Origin: Tricharina praecox
Lineage: Eukaryota
Length of the DNA stretch: 64,000 nucleotides
Direction: 5' to 3'
Assembly (NCBI RefSeq): GCF_024521635.1
Contig: NW_026250446.1
Span: 1 to 64,000 of the forward strand
The notes beneath the pieces were generated by a model. The model saw nothing but the letters and a program-made list of their open reading frames with translations, searched no databases and had not been told where the DNA came from. Position numbers and translations under genes: made by a program. Within the stretch, counting starts at the first letter, position 1, and each line of letters opens with the position of its first letter. Below are positions 25,925 to 39,118 of the stretch, one piece after another.

Positions 25925-26461
25925 AGGCGGAGGGCGGGGCCACGGTCGATACGATCTGCGGACGTATGGGGTGGACCGTTGGCAAGAAGAGCAGAGGTGC
26001 GTGAACCCCCCCCCCCTCCCCCCCCTGACATTCTGGCCATGCCCACAGGTTACGTGGTGAGGCTTTTTACCTAACGGTTTTCCTCGAAAAAACATCGTCG
26101 CCCTGGCCGCTGCGCGAGGGGTCGAGGTTTTTTGCTTTGCTCAGGCAGATTTCCGGCTGTGTATCGCGAACCATCGACGGGTAAGCATTCTTATATTCCT
26201 AGGTGGGTAGGTGGTCACTCGTGCGGTGCTGCGAGAGCAATCTCATAATATCACGAACTTCCGTGTACCCCGTCACTTCCGTGGACCAGGTCATGAACGA
26301 TCACTCGCTAAGTCAAGATGCATTCCTGTTGGGATTTAGAGAAGAACTTGACTTGATTGATGTATTGATGTGAGAAAGAAGAGAAAAAAGACTACTTATA
26401 AAGGGAAACGAGCTCGTGTAGACGAGGAGAAGACCGGGCCTCTGGCAGAGGATGCGACAAC

Positions 26462-26512
26462 ACTCGTCGCCGCATACTCGTCGCCGCATACTCGTCGCCG
26501 CATACTCGCCGC
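26462..26512. repeat. 14-bp tandem repeat ACTCGTCGCCGCAT, about 3.5 copies
   Basis: Three exact units and a partial fourth. Confidence 0.9.
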
Positions 26513-27399
26513 TGGACTGCGCTGGTGGCTTGAGAAGCCATAGATAATGTTAAGCAGCCACGAAGGAGATAAGGGAAGTATGCAAAGGACAGTGGAAAGT
26601 AGACACTGGAAAGTAGCAAAGAATAGTGGAGAGTAGCAGTGACTCGGGACCAGACAATAAGACGCATAATATCAACACTTCCGTCATCCGTTCTCACGGA
26701 GGTGGCGAGCGGCCTCTATCCGACACACACACCCCCGCGCCTTTCTGTCTATATTCCTTTCTTCTTCTTCTGGCTACGAGACACTGTACATTACTTCATT
26801 ATACCACTTTTCTGGACAATTAATATCCACACCTGGTTTCAAACGCCTCTCAGCGAGAGGATATTAATGTATCTTCCGCATGGTCTCCAGTATTATTAAT
26901 TATTGCACAGGATATTTGAAGTGCTGTGCGCAGAAGATGTGCTCTGCTAGTCGCAACGGCCTGCATTTTACGATCGACTCGTTACGGTTGCTCGGAGACG
27001 GAAACCCACACTTCCGGTTGGAAGCCTTCATCGTCTAGAAGCAGCCACACCATCATCACCCGCTTTCTTGCCTGTGCGGATCGTGCACATCTTCTCTCCT
27101 ACTGCATCAGCCTTTCATCCTGCCCTGTCCAGACGCCCGAAATCGCGATCACATCTTCGCACTCGGGCTCCGTATTTCCCTTTCTTGACATCAGTTCTCG
27201 CAGAGTGCGATAGCATCGCGTCGGGAGCAGAGTAAGAGTGTTCATCGGGCCGCAGGATACTGTGTCTACAGCCGATACGAGGAAGTAGGCGATGAGGATA
27301 TGCGGTGATAGTTTCTTGGAGCGGAAAGGCGGAAAACGGGGGAGAGAGGCGAGGGGCAGCAGGAGGAGCACGCCTATAGGCTCATACAGGTCTTTACTA

Positions 27400-27572
27400 T
27401 CAATATACTGTTTGCTTGTGTCGGCTCAAGGCGGGTTGGCAGGGAAAGAGGCGCCGCGGGCGCCGCATCGGACTGTTCGGTACCGGGGCTTCCACCTCGA
27501 CTGGCCAGGGCGGGCAGGAAAGGGAGTGCGTTGGTTCGCCATAGTCTAGACAGGCTGCACGCAAAACAAAAC
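27400..27572 (+). mobile_element. Probable 3'-UTR remnant of a Tad1-like LINE
   Basis: Layout resembles 18720-18877: a T-rich stretch, a G-rich stretch, GCCATAGTCT (vs GCCATGATCT) and an A-rich tail. No TSD was found. Confidence 0.4.
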
Positions 27573-28275
27573 AGGAAGATCCCTCTCTCTTTTTACGGGA
27601 GTCGAACAGCTTTCTCTCTACCCGGGGTAACTAGCAGGAGAAGTCGGATCAGAGGTCGCGGTAGTCTATACAGGCCGTATGAGACAATTGCTTGATGCTT
27701 ACTCTCTCTCTCATTGCAGTTGAATGGAAGGGACAAAGCAAGAACCTACTGCATCGTCTTATGTACTTTTGTCTGGCGCCACGACCATGGGTGCACTTCT
27801 CATCTGCCTCATCTCCGCGGTGCAGTATTGCGGTCAGTCCATGCTGACTTAAGGCACAGGATTTGCCGCGTGAAGTCATATACGACCGGCACGGCTCAAT
27901 CACAACCAGCAGTTCCGACCCACGGCGAATACGCGCCGAATAGTCAAGCCCCCAACCACGACTACCCAAAAGAAGCAAATTTCAAAACTGCAAAAAGTCA
28001 CGATGAGCAGCATGGTTTTTTTTACTTCTAACTTTTTTTCTGGATTTCTATTTTAAAAAAAAAACATGACAAATATTACACCCTTCCATAGTCTCCTCGT
28101 CTCACCATTAAAAACCTGGATCCGTCGGTCACCAGGAAAAGGTATGGACTCAACTGCAACTACACTCGAGCCTGGAAAATACTCAAGGCAGAGGGGAAAG
28201 GGGGGAAAGGAATTATCGAGGAAGCAACGCAGAAAGCAACGCAGAAATGCAAACATAGGAAATCGAGGACCTACC

Positions 28276-30393
28276 TTACAAGGAGGCCGTATAGACCTCC
28301 TCGAGCCGCTGCCTGACCTCTTGCAGCCACACACGTCCCTCTTCCAGTGTTGCCAACATGTACACCTCCGCCTGGTGTCGCAGTTGCTCCAGCTGCTGCC
28401 ATCGCTGCTCGCAGAGCCCGATGAAATTCACCCCGCCCATGCGAAGCAACTCAGGCTGCTGCTGAGCCTGCCAGACCAACCTCTGATACGTCTCCAGCAG
28501 GTCAGCCTCGCTCTGCATGTTGACCACAGCTAGTACCTCCGACAGGTAGGCGTATTGAAATGAAACAATACGCTCGTACTCCCGCTCATGGAGCTGGTAC
28601 TCCTGCAGAAGTTGCTGCCGCAACGTCATCAGAGGGGTGCTGCTGGCTTCCGGCTGCTGCTGCGACTGCCGCTGCAGTTCTTCGTACCGTCGCAGCGCTT
28701 GGACCTGCCGCTCCTCGTAGATCCTCAGACCCGTCTCGAACTGCTGCTGACGCTGCTGCTCGGTCTGGGCGACGATCGTTGGAGGCGCGGACGAGATCAC
28801 TGGCCCCGGTACCGGCGACTGTTCCCTCTGAGACTCAGCCTGCAGTGGCTGTGGCTGGACAGGGGTAGGTGCTGGCCCAGGAGCAGAAGTAATCGGCGCA
28901 AGTTGCGCCGGAGTCTCGGCTTGGGCTTTCGCCTGAGCCGAGACCTGGGCCTGAGCCTGAGCTTTGGCTTGCGCCTGAGCTTGGGCCAGAGCCTGGGCCT
29001 TCGCTTGCGCGATAGCCACAGCTTTTGCCCGCTTCTTTGCTAGAAGCCGGGCGTTCTTCTGCTCCGCCTGGGCTCTGGCTTGTGCCTGAGCCTGAGCGTC
29101 GGCATTTGCTTTCGCAATTGCCTCAGTTGTGGTCTGTGCCAGCCTCTGCTTGTCCGCATCACCGGCAAGTTCCCGAGCTTTGGCATCGACTTCCGCTTGG
29201 GCTTGGGCAAAAGCCCTCGCCTTCACATCCGCTTCCGCCTGAACTCGTTCACGAGCCTCAGCTTCCGCCTGTGCCTGCTTCTGGCGGGCCTCCTCATCGG
29301 CCTGTGCGCGAGCACGAGCCTTGGTGGCCGCCTGAGCCTTGGCTACTGCCTCTTTCTGGAGGTTCATTTCATTGGCCCATGCCTGAGCCTTGGCCGCTGC
29401 TTCCGCTTGCGCTTGGGCAACAGCCCTCGCCTGCGCTTCCGCTGCCGCCTGTGCCCAAGCTACCTCCGCGTCGGCTTGGGCTTGGGCTAAAGACCTCGCC
29501 TGTGCCTTCACATCACGGGCCCGCGCCAGAGCTTGCGCTTCCGCGTCCGCTTGGGCATGAGCAAAAGCCCGAGCCCTCGCCTCCGCTTCTGCCTGTGCCC
29601 GAGCACGTGCTGCCTTCATTTTCTCCATGGCCTTTGCCTGACGCTGGAGCTCCGCCTGACGCTGGAACTCACCCTGAAGCTGGAGTTCAGCCTGACGCTG
29701 GAGTTCAGCATCACGGGCCCTCACCTGAGCTTGGGCATCCGCTTCCGGCCAGGCTTGGCCAAAAGGCCCCGCCCTGGCATCCGCCTCCGCCTGCTGCCTA
29801 GCACGAGCCTGAGCATCCACCCTACCCATTACCTCCGCTTCTGCGAAGGTCCTGGGCTTCGGCCTGGGTTGGATCTCCCAGGTCAGGATCTGTCTGAAGG
29901 CTCCTCCAACCTTCGTCTTCGTCGCCTTAGATAGATCAGTGCGCGTATCGGCCATCTGCTTCATCAGCCGAATCTCATCCGCTAACCGTGCGACAGCCAC
30001 ACCATTCCCCTTCTGCCAACAATCTTGGGCGGCCACCACGAGCTCTTCAGCCCGCTTGACCACGCCCCTGTCGCGCAATATGGACAAGGCTGCGGGATAT
30101 GGGGAAGGGGGAGGGGGAGGGGGAGGGAGGGCAAACCCAGAGACGGGCCAACGCGAATTCTCAGCGTGCGGCAACTTTGCGCCGTCTGGATCCTCGGTCG
30201 CCCGTCTCTTCGACCTGGTGCTAGCACTAAGGTGGACGGCGTGACCGGGTCCAGGAACGGACGCAGGTACTGGGGGGGCAGGGGGGGGCAGAGGGGGAGG
30301 AGGGGGAGGGAGGGAAAGTGGTTGACATCCCGTCCGGGACGTCCTCTCAGGTGGAGCCCCTTCAAGTTCGTCGGTCGCTCTTCGTTTGACCAT
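28276..30393 (-). CDS. Hypothetical Ala/Gln-rich coiled-coil protein (705 aa)
   Basis: A long intronless ORF with a duplicated N-terminal KRRAT...GA...LPPPPPP module, central AQAQAEA repeats and a Q/E/L-rich helical C-terminus. A pyrimidine-rich leader and a TATAAAA lie upstream (~30515-30521). Confidence 0.75.
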   Translation of the reverse strand: MVKRRATDELEGAPPERTSRTGCQPLSLPPPPPPLPPPAPPVPASVPGPGHAVHLSASTRSKRRATEDPDGAKLPHAENSRWPVSGFALPPPPPPPSPYPAALSILRDRGVVKRAEELVVAAQDCWQKGNGVAVARLADEIRLMKQMADTRTDLSKATKTKVGGAFRQILTWEIQPRPKPRTFAEAEVMGRVDAQARARQQAEADARAGPFGQAWPEADAQAQVRARDAELQRQAELQLQGEFQRQAELQRQAKAMEKMKAARARAQAEAEARARAFAHAQADAEAQALARARDVKAQARSLAQAQADAEVAWAQAAAEAQARAVAQAQAEAAAKAQAWANEMNLQKEAVAKAQAATKARARAQADEEARQKQAQAEAEARERVQAEADVKARAFAQAQAEVDAKARELAGDADKQRLAQTTTEAIAKANADAQAQAQARAQAEQKNARLLAKKRAKAVAIAQAKAQALAQAQAQAKAQAQAQVSAQAKAQAETPAQLAPITSAPGPAPTPVQPQPLQAESQREQSPVPGPVISSAPPTIVAQTEQQRQQQFETGLRIYEERQVQALRRYEELQRQSQQQPEASSTPLMTLRQQLLQEYQLHEREYERIVSFQYAYLSEVLAVVNMQSEADLLETYQRLVWQAQQQPELLRMGGVNFIGLCEQRWQQLEQLRHQAEVYMLATLEEGRVWLQEVRQRLEEVYTASL

Positions 30394-30806
30394 TGTGTGT
30401 ATGGGAAAAAAGAAAATGTGGGGAAACGATTGTAGCAGGAGGTGGAGGGGGATATGTCAAAGGAAGTGCGATGTAGAAAAAAAAGGAAAGGGAAGAAGGG
30501 GTGGAGATGCATTGTTTTATAGGTGAATCTGCTATCGGCGAAAACCTGTTTTCGACCTCAACTAGCCGCTGCAGCCCTTCATATGCTGTCATTCGCCACC
30601 TGTAGGAAAAACAACTATTTGGCCGATAGTCAGATGACTGAGGTCGCGTAGGGCAAGGTCTCCATGCCCTATACACGTAGTAGAACATATATTCTCCCTT
30701 GTTTCGCACCAGACTTATTCCTATCGTAAATAACTAGCGACACATCACATTTGTCTCGTGACAACTAAAAAAAACTTGACATCTGTCACGTAACCACCCA
30801 TCATCC

Positions 30807-31445
30807 AGTCCATAACAGCGAATCCCGTACTGAGGCCATGCCAGCGAATCCATTATTACAGTCTCCCTAGCAGCCAGCGAATCTAGTACAGTGCAATGGC
30901 AGCGAATCCAGAAGAGAGGACCCGGTAGCCAAACAAGTAGAGAGAGCATGGCAGCGAATCCAGTACAGAGCCATGGCAGCGAATCCAGTGGAGAGCCCTG
31001 GGAACGAATCTAGTATAGAGTCATGGGAGCGAATCTAGCACACATCCATGGGAACGAATTTAGTACAGACCTATGGGAGCGAATGCTGTGAAGAGGCCCT
31101 GGGGATTCTCAGCAAGCATCTTTAGGTGATGGCAACGCCTGCCGCCCATTACCTGTGTCGTTGCGGAAGGCATGGCGGAACCGCGACAGGATAATGATTG
31201 CTGGCGTGGCCCATGAGTGTATATAGTACACAGCCTGCAGGCGATGACGAATTTCCCACGCCAAATGACCACCACATTCGCGGCGAGAGAGACGAGGAGG
31301 CATGTTTCTTTGGTACTCAAATGTCATTGTCAGCGACTCCATACATCTTAATCCATCATGGTTGGCGAACGGCGAGGGTTCGTTGTTAACAGAGCCTCAC
31401 GACTACATTCGCTGCCATGGTCTCTCTACTGGATTCGCTCGCGGG
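30807..31445. repeat. 25-26-bp minisatellite arrays in opposite orientations around a ~300-bp core
   Basis: About 11 minus-strand units (CCATGGCAGCGAATCCAGTACAGAG) at 30807-31100 and about 2 plus-strand units at 31405-31445. Confidence 0.85.
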
Positions 31446-33048
31446 ATTTTACTCTACCGGGAGCTGACTGCGACGCTATTTTGTTAATGCGAAATGTGAA
31501 TAGATTGATACTATGAGAAGGAGAGTGTTTCCCGCTCGCGGCGCTCCACCGCCGATCACTCGGCCACTTGCGGCGCCGCATATTTTTGGTAGGGTAATGA
31601 AACCTCCCCTTTTGGCGATGACTTCACCCAGACTTTAGTGCCGAAGTGAAAACGCTGTACCCGGCAGAGCGAATTAGCGTTGGGGTTTAAACTAGCTGAC
31701 TAAACGTCTGGTGCCAGATAATATTCTCCCGCTATCTGTGGACAGTATCATAATCATTTTTAGCTTTTTTGAATGACGAATTATTGAAAATTGTCTGGAT
31801 CATCGCAGCATACAGGCACCGTTGGTGTGGAATCTATCCCCTTCTCTTAGTCCAGCGGCAAGGAATCACCCGCTTTCCCGAACCTCCAAACATCATCCCT
31901 GATATCACACAGTGGAACTCCGCCAGACCGCATGCAAGATCGCGGCTGGAATCGTAAGTATTATCACGAATACCCCGCATTGTGCGCTCGCAAGATTCGG
32001 ACGCGAAGACCATGCAATCACTGCAGATCACTCGTCTATGTGATTCGCACCCATTGTCAAGAAAAGTGGTATCGCGAGATAGTGTATTGGTTGTCAGACA
32101 CGGCGGAAAGAAAGGTTTATATACAGAAAGGCTCAGGGATACCTCGGATAGAGGCCCCACGCCGCCGCTCGGCACCTTCGTGTGAGAATGGATAACGGAA
32201 GTGTCTCGACATGGCGAGTGATCGTTCATGACCCGGTCCGCGGAGGTGGCGCGGTACACGGAAGTTCGTGAGATTATGACACCCATCGTGGAACTCGTTG
32301 GCGTCACCTTCGACCGCGTGATGACCACTCTGTATCTCTTAAGTGCTCTGCAGTGTGTAGACGAGATACCTGCCGTCGGGCGAGGATGAATTAGTAGCTT
32401 GCCGCTATTTATCTGCATGGATAGGGCCGAGTGTGTTTTTCGGCGACTTCCTTCCTCTCTCCCGGTTCGGCAACTGATTATCCCAGAAATCGCAGTTCCT
32501 CCACTAAACAAACATGCCGTACGGTGTCACGTCATGTGCTGTCGAGAAGGTATCGACGTACTTTTGTTTCTGGTCGACTCGACGAAGGGCGAGTGAGAGC
32601 TAATGCATGTGGCTGATAGTGGCTGATAGTGGGTCCGGGTGGCTTTGGTGGCTGAGTGTCTCTGAGTGTGGCTGAAACTGGCAGTGAGCGACTGGGCGTG
32701 GCTGAGCTTGCTGAGCGTGGCTGCTCGCTGCTGGCCGTAGATAGTGGACGACGGTGACTCCGCGACGGACGTGTGTTGTTTACCGTCGCTCAACACCATG
32801 GTCACTCTCCGCCGTAGTCCACGAGTACTCGTACCCCATAAGCCCAAAAGAATCATAGGTATTACCGCCCGACAACACATGTGCAGAAAAGCAAGTTTAC
32901 CAACGCGACGCGACCAGCATTCGCACCATAGCAATCCCCCCCCCCAACCGGCAAAACTTCCAAACGTCCATACAGAAAGAAAAAAAAACAGTCACGACTT
33001 ATCAAGACATCGACGAAAATGACCTATCCGATCCTATCCTATCCTATC

Positions 33049-33129
33049 CTACTCCGCATCCTCCATCACCTCGTCATCATCCTCATTATTTTCAGGCTCA
33101 TGTTTCTCTTCCTCTTCTTCTTCAACGTG

Positions 33130-33165
<36 letters not shown>

Positions 33166-36100
33166 GGCCACCTCCTCGTCCTCCTCCTCGGCCGCCACCT
33201 CCTCTACGTGCTCTTCTTCTTCCGCAGCCTGCTTCCGCAGCTGCTGCTCCTCCTCCGCCGCCGCCTCCTCAGCAGTCCTCTTCCTCGTCGGGCGCTTCGC
33301 CTGTTTCCGCTGCGCGCCGGCGACACCGGTCGAAAAGCTTTCCAGGAAGTCGATGATGCCCTTGTAGCTCATTCCCAGCAGAGCCTTATTCTTGGTCAAC
33401 CGAATCTTGACCTTCCTCACATCCAGGACCTTTGCCGCCGCCGAAATGACCATCTTATTCGCGGCCTCGCACAGACGCTGCTCGAGCATGAGCTGTACAC
33501 TCTTCTCCGCGATCTCGACGTTTTCGTCGTCGTCGACCGGCGGTGCGTCGTCGTCAGGCTCCAGTTCTAGGCCGCTGCGCTTGGCGAAATCGGTTTCTAG
33601 CGCGGTGAAGACTTTGAGGATCGTGGCTTGGGTGGGTTCGTCGAGCGGGCCGAAACAGGAGGATAACCGGTCGATCTCGGACATGCGGAAGGAGGTGGCC
33701 AGGTTGAGGATCGCAGACATGAACGCGACGTTCATGCTGTCGGCGGACTTCTGCTCAAAGAGAAGCGTCTTGGTGCGAGACATCATCTGCTTGCCGCGCT
33801 TGATGAGTTCGTCGATGGCGGATTCATCTCTGTCTTTTTCGGTGATCTTCCACATGAAATAGTAGCTAAGCGCTGCCAGAGTGTGACAGGTGAGCTCCAT
33901 CTCAAGTTCTTCGGAGCTGTAGGGCCGGGCGAGAATCGAGAGGAGGATGTCGACGGGAACGGTGTGTTTCCCACCTGCGGAGGTCGCGGTGAGTAGTGTC
34001 TCCAAGACCTCGGTGCAGTTCCAGACACTGAGGAGGTGCTCGAGTCGTCGCACGGTACCAATCAACGTCTCGAGCGCAATCTCCGAGAACACCGCTGTCG
34101 CCGGATCCTTGCCACCGATGGTAGTGCCGAGAACACTGACAATGTCATCCTGCAGCTGTCCGACCTTTGCATCGGTAACCTCCTTGAGATCCTCGAATTG
34201 TTTGGCGACCTTCAAGGTCAAGCAGGCCTCCTTGAGAACGGTCTCGTCCGCGTGTGTGCGAATCTGACGGAAGATCTCGTCGAGAAGAGACGAGTAGGCG
34301 GCGTCCTGACGGAGCTCTTGGAAGACATCCATCTTCAACAGCTGGGCGATACGCAAGACGGTAGACGCCGCATCTGCCACGGGTCCGAACTTCTTCAACA
34401 TGATCGGAAGGAACTGCATAAGGCTACGGTAGACGCTGTCGTTGTATTTCTCGATCTCCTTTGCCGTGCGCTGTGCAATGAAAATTAGCTGAGTTCAAAT
34501 AAACTGTTAGGGACGGTAAACGTACAACTTTGGTAGACCTCCGCGCCTGGTCCGGACCCTTGTGGAGGGTACCGATAACACTGGACTGCAGGATCTGCAG
34601 CATCAACACATCCTCGTTCGTATCCAGCGCAACAACCCTCTTGATCCTCGAGTCGATATCGGCAGCGGAAACACTGTCATCTCCATTGACAGCGGAGTTG
34701 GCAGAGTGATCGTAGAGAATGTAGCGCGTCAGACCCTCCCAATCGCGGACCTCGTCGATGGCGTCCCACAGTGCTGCTCCGGCAAGGGAAAACCGGCTGA
34801 CGATCTCGTTGACCTTGATGGCGAGGTTCTTGTTTCCCGCAGAGATGAGATTTCGGGGTATGTCGTCTCCGCCGTTGGTTTTGTCGTTGTCGTACATCAT
34901 CAGCGCTTCGGCCAAACACTTCAGCTTGATCCAGGAAAGAGTGGGTCCGTCATGTTCCTCGTCGTGTTCCTCCCCGCCTATCACCTCCTGCACAACCTCC
35001 AGACCACCGAGTTCTTCGATCTTGAGGTTATACATCTCGTTCAAGTGGGCGACGAAAAACGGCACAACAGCCTTGCGCACCTTCTGCTCCGAGTCGAACA
35101 GTAAACGTCCAACGGTGGCGATGTCTTCCGGCTCGAGGTATCCGACCTCGCGGGCGACACACAGAAGCTCGACGGAGGTAGCGCGGACACTGGTATCCAC
35201 ATCGCGAGTAGCCATCTCGATCAACATTTCCTTGTGCTTATCCATAAACACGCGGAAACACCTGGTGCTGACATTGTTCTTCTGGAAAATCTTGAGCAAC
35301 GCCTTCGTGATTTCGGCCCGCGTGGAAGCGGTCGGGTCGCACATCGTCCAGCTGAGGTACCGGATGTATGAACCATCGAAGAAGACTTCCGGAAGGATTA
35401 CAGTCCACTTGGTGAGCTCGCGCGCACACTCGATGCGAATCTTGGGATCGCAGTCGCGTGACCGCAGGGGAAAGAAGGACTCGAAGATATCCAGCAATAA
35501 CTTCTCCACGGCTTCACTCTTCTCCTCACCTTTCTCCAGTCGTTCCGCGAGAGAATCGATTCGGGCTTGGTTCGGCGCCTCGTTCGTTCGCTCGGCCTCA
35601 AGCTGCCGGTTCGTAGTTCCATTCGTCCGGCGGAGATCGGTCGCTTGCTGGGCAAGGTGGGTGATCATTTCTAATGCGATGATTGTCGAAGTGCTCCGGA
35701 AGGCTCGTACGTGGCGGTGGCAGAGAGTAGCGATACAATGCGGGAGTGCTGCCATCAGCATTGGATCCTTGACCAGCAAGTCTCCCGACACGATCGCAGC
35801 AACGAGCGATTCGAGGAAGTCGGAAAGACGCGGTCGAAACTTGCGGAACTGGGCCTTCTTCGATACGAGAGGATAGTCGGCGATGTCTAGTTCGATGAAA
35901 TCCCGCTCGACCTGCACCAACGCCTCAGCAGCTGCTTCATTGTCTTCCGTGTCGTAACTATCGACTGCGAGATCACATCCACAGCACTGGTTTCGCCGTT
36001 AGTCCGGCATACTTTTGGATCTCGTTCGCGGATCGTACCTTGAAAATGAAATTAACCATCTCCGTCATCCCTGCGGACCTGTCTGCTTGGTACTTCGAGA

Positions 36101-37097
36101 ACCATTCGTTGGCGATGTCGTCGAGGTCGCTATTCTCGGTGAACACCTTGGCTACAAGAGAAACCGTTAGCAGTCGATCAGAGACCCTCACGCCAGACGC
36201 GTCACGGATGATCAAGCTGACGGGTCAGAGGCAGACATCGCACTCACAGAACATATCCCCATCGATGACAGCCGCCTTCAAGACAGCTTTCCCATTTGGC
36301 ACCTTCTTCTTCTCCTTCGGAGGTGCTTTCCTGCGCGGCTCCGCAGGGGTATGGCCATCTTCCGTCGCGCTCGAATCGACAGTCCGTGGGCGCGCAACCC
36401 TCGCGGGCACTGGTCCACCGAGCGTCCTGACCCTCTTCGTAGCCGGTTTTGAGACGCCTCCCCCGCGCTTGCCACCGCGAGTACCTGCTCGGTTCCCGCG
36501 CTGACTCTTTTCCGCCTTCCCCTCTGCGGCGGCCGCCTTCTTCTGTTTCTTTCGCATCTCCTTGAGCTCCTCCTCATCCGGCTCGCCCTCAGTACTCTCG
36601 TCTTCATCGAAAGATGAAAGCGCTTCCTCATCCTCCTCTTCCTCCTCTTCCTCCTCATCTGCGTCTTCTCGTTCATCCTCTTCTTCAGCAGCCTTCTCAC
36701 CGTTCTTCTCCTTCTCCCCTGTAGCCTCCTCCCCCTCATCCGCTTTCTCCTGTTCATCCTCCTCCGCCTCCTCTTCCTCTTCCTCCTCTTCCTCGTCGCT
36801 GCTCTCCTCCCTAACAACCCTCTTCCTCTTTTTACGCGTCGCGGTTTCCTTCAGCGCGTCTTCATACATGGTCTTGACCGGCTTAGACACACGACCGGAA
36901 CGGCGCCGATTCGCATTGTCGCTCGCGGACGGCGCCGGGGTGTTCGACGCGTCGCGACGGGGCTGGGGCAGAGGATCCTCAGTGTCGCTGAGGGACGAGA
37001 GTGAACTAGTGTCATCGTCGTCGTCGACCTCCATGGTCTCTGCCTCTGCGACGGCGGCTGTGGGGGGAGTGGACTTCGTTCTCGAAGCTCGCGACAT
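33049..37097 (-). CDS. SCC3: Cohesin subunit Scc3/Psc3 (STAG domain), 4 exons
   Basis: STAG motifs VRAFRSTST and RSRDCDPKIRIEC...FFDGSYIRYL. Acidic N- and C-termini. In-frame introns at 36247-36152, 36038-35987 and 34525-34471. Confidence 0.95.
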
Positions 37098-39118
37098 CGT
37101 GATGGATCGTGGAAAGGTGTGAGCGGGTTACGTGTTGCAGAGAGGAGACCCTGAGTATGGCGATGGGGTCGGGTCAGTGATCGGGTCAGGACGCGGTGGG
37201 ATGGGTCGCGTGGATGGGTCGGCGGGTGATTCGTTGGAAGATAAACTTATTGTCGGACGAGGCGCGTGGTTGGGACGTGTAGGATCTGTGAGTGGCGGGC
37301 GATGAGCATTGCGGATGCGGCTCAAGCGAGGTGCCGGGAGCGCTGGGGTCGGTCGTGGCGGAAAAACTAGGAGGACCGACAGAAATTATCGGAGAGAAAG
37401 ACAATAAATTCTTCCCTGTCCAGTATTTACGGGGACTATTGCCCTGTCCCAACCGATGTCGTTACGTTTTCTTGCACGCGATCGGTTGGTGCCTGTTGCG
37501 GTCGCGTGCGCGTCGAGGACGATGACGATGTGCACGGAACTGGTGTTTTGGCTTCATATATGATCTGAGACTTTCCCTCCAACGCGCAATGGCCTCGGTT
37601 CAGTCGACCCAATTGCACAAGGACATACCTTCAGACGTACTTCGTCACCTGACCCCTCCATCCCTTCCCCGCCCTCCCCGCCCTCCGTGCTACATCCCCC
37701 ATTTCCAACACCCTACACCACAACCACCAACACGACCGCCACCACAGATATGAACAGTTCCGCACTTCTTCCTTCCACAGCTGTCCACCGATATCATCCC
37801 GTTCGACGACTCGACCGACTCGCAGAATAACAGCGACCACGCCGTCCAGTACGGAAACTTTACCGCTGGTCATGAGAGTTCATTGTACGCAGGATCCAGC
37901 GGTTTCACTCGAGAGAAGGTGTTCAATGGTCGCGATTACTCGTGATTGCAACGGCATGGTATGTTCAGTGCTACATGTCCTTTCCTGCTGCTCTCGGGGA
38001 GATGGGATTCCACAGTCCACAGCATTTTGCTCTAACGCGGCGGGTTTCGGTGCGCTGACGGTTACTAGGGCTCTACTGCAGAACCGGTCGATCTGGAGAT
38101 GTTTTGAGCAACGGCCAACCGGCGATCGTTTACCACTCGATGCTACAGCCGAGTTCACGAGACGACGCCATCCGGCATCTGCGCGCACGGCCTCTTGCCC
38201 AGCCCGAAACACTTGCGGCCTCTACTGCATCTGATTCCCATCCCCTGCCCGCCGCACAGCCGCCAGTAGAATTATCACGACGGGATTCATGTCGTGTAGG
38301 GTGGTGGGCAGTGGATCGAAGAAGGTGCGAATCTCGGACACGATATCGATGGTGTGGCCCACGGATGGTCATCCGCCGCCAGGGCTTGCGGGATTTGACG
38401 GTGCTGGGGCCGGCAGTCGGAATGGAATCGGCGGGATGACGGTTTTCACGATCCTGGGGAGAGGGCAACACGACGAGTCGCTGGAGATCAAGGTATTCGT
38501 TGGGTTGGTGGGTAGCTCTCCTGGTCTGGACTGTGCACATGTGCCGATGAAACCCGGGTATTAGTATGACGCTGGGAGAGTACGATTGGGGTGAACCAGA
38601 AGTCGTGAAGGTATGTCATCGAACGGAGAGGCTCACTAGTTTAGCCTGTGAGGTGACCACGGGTATCTTGACAATGCGGAGAGCCACGGCATCCTGGTGG
38701 AAAGGCATAAGTAATGGCGGGGCGAAGGGGATGGAGGTCGAGGGATCGTGAAGTGATGAGTCGGAGATAGTCGCGGGAGCGGGGCTAGGATCCCAAGCGT
38801 GTGCGGGGTTGCAGGGGCTGCTCCCGTGTGCAACCGACATCGACAGGGTAAATCATGACGTCTTCGGAACGTATACATAACTATGCGCGTACGTAACCCA
38901 ACCGGCCAGTACTTATCTCGGAGCTGAAGATATCGATCGCCGTTGGATTCCGCGACACTCAATGTCTCTCGATATGATATGCACTTTCCATCTCGTCCCT
39001 ACAGAGGTTGATTGAACAACACTCGGTACCACAATATCGGCTCAGTGATCTGCGCGGAATACCTACCCCGCACCAATAAGCTTCGCACATTTAGCTCCAC
39101 CCCCGCGCTCCCTGGCAA

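Noticed and set aside
1..32000. Starship or other giant element explaining the accessory block
   Set aside because: No tyrosine recombinase or transposase ORF and no defined termini are recognisable in this window.
31834..32511. 225-aa minus-strand ORF
   Set aside because: No motif, codon bias or clear gene signals were found.
33019..37122. Long plus-strand ORFs (e.g. 34758-35876, 36562-37122), and similarly 43166-43984 and 29025-29801
   Set aside because: They are antisense shadows of SCC3, OYE and the 705-aa gene.
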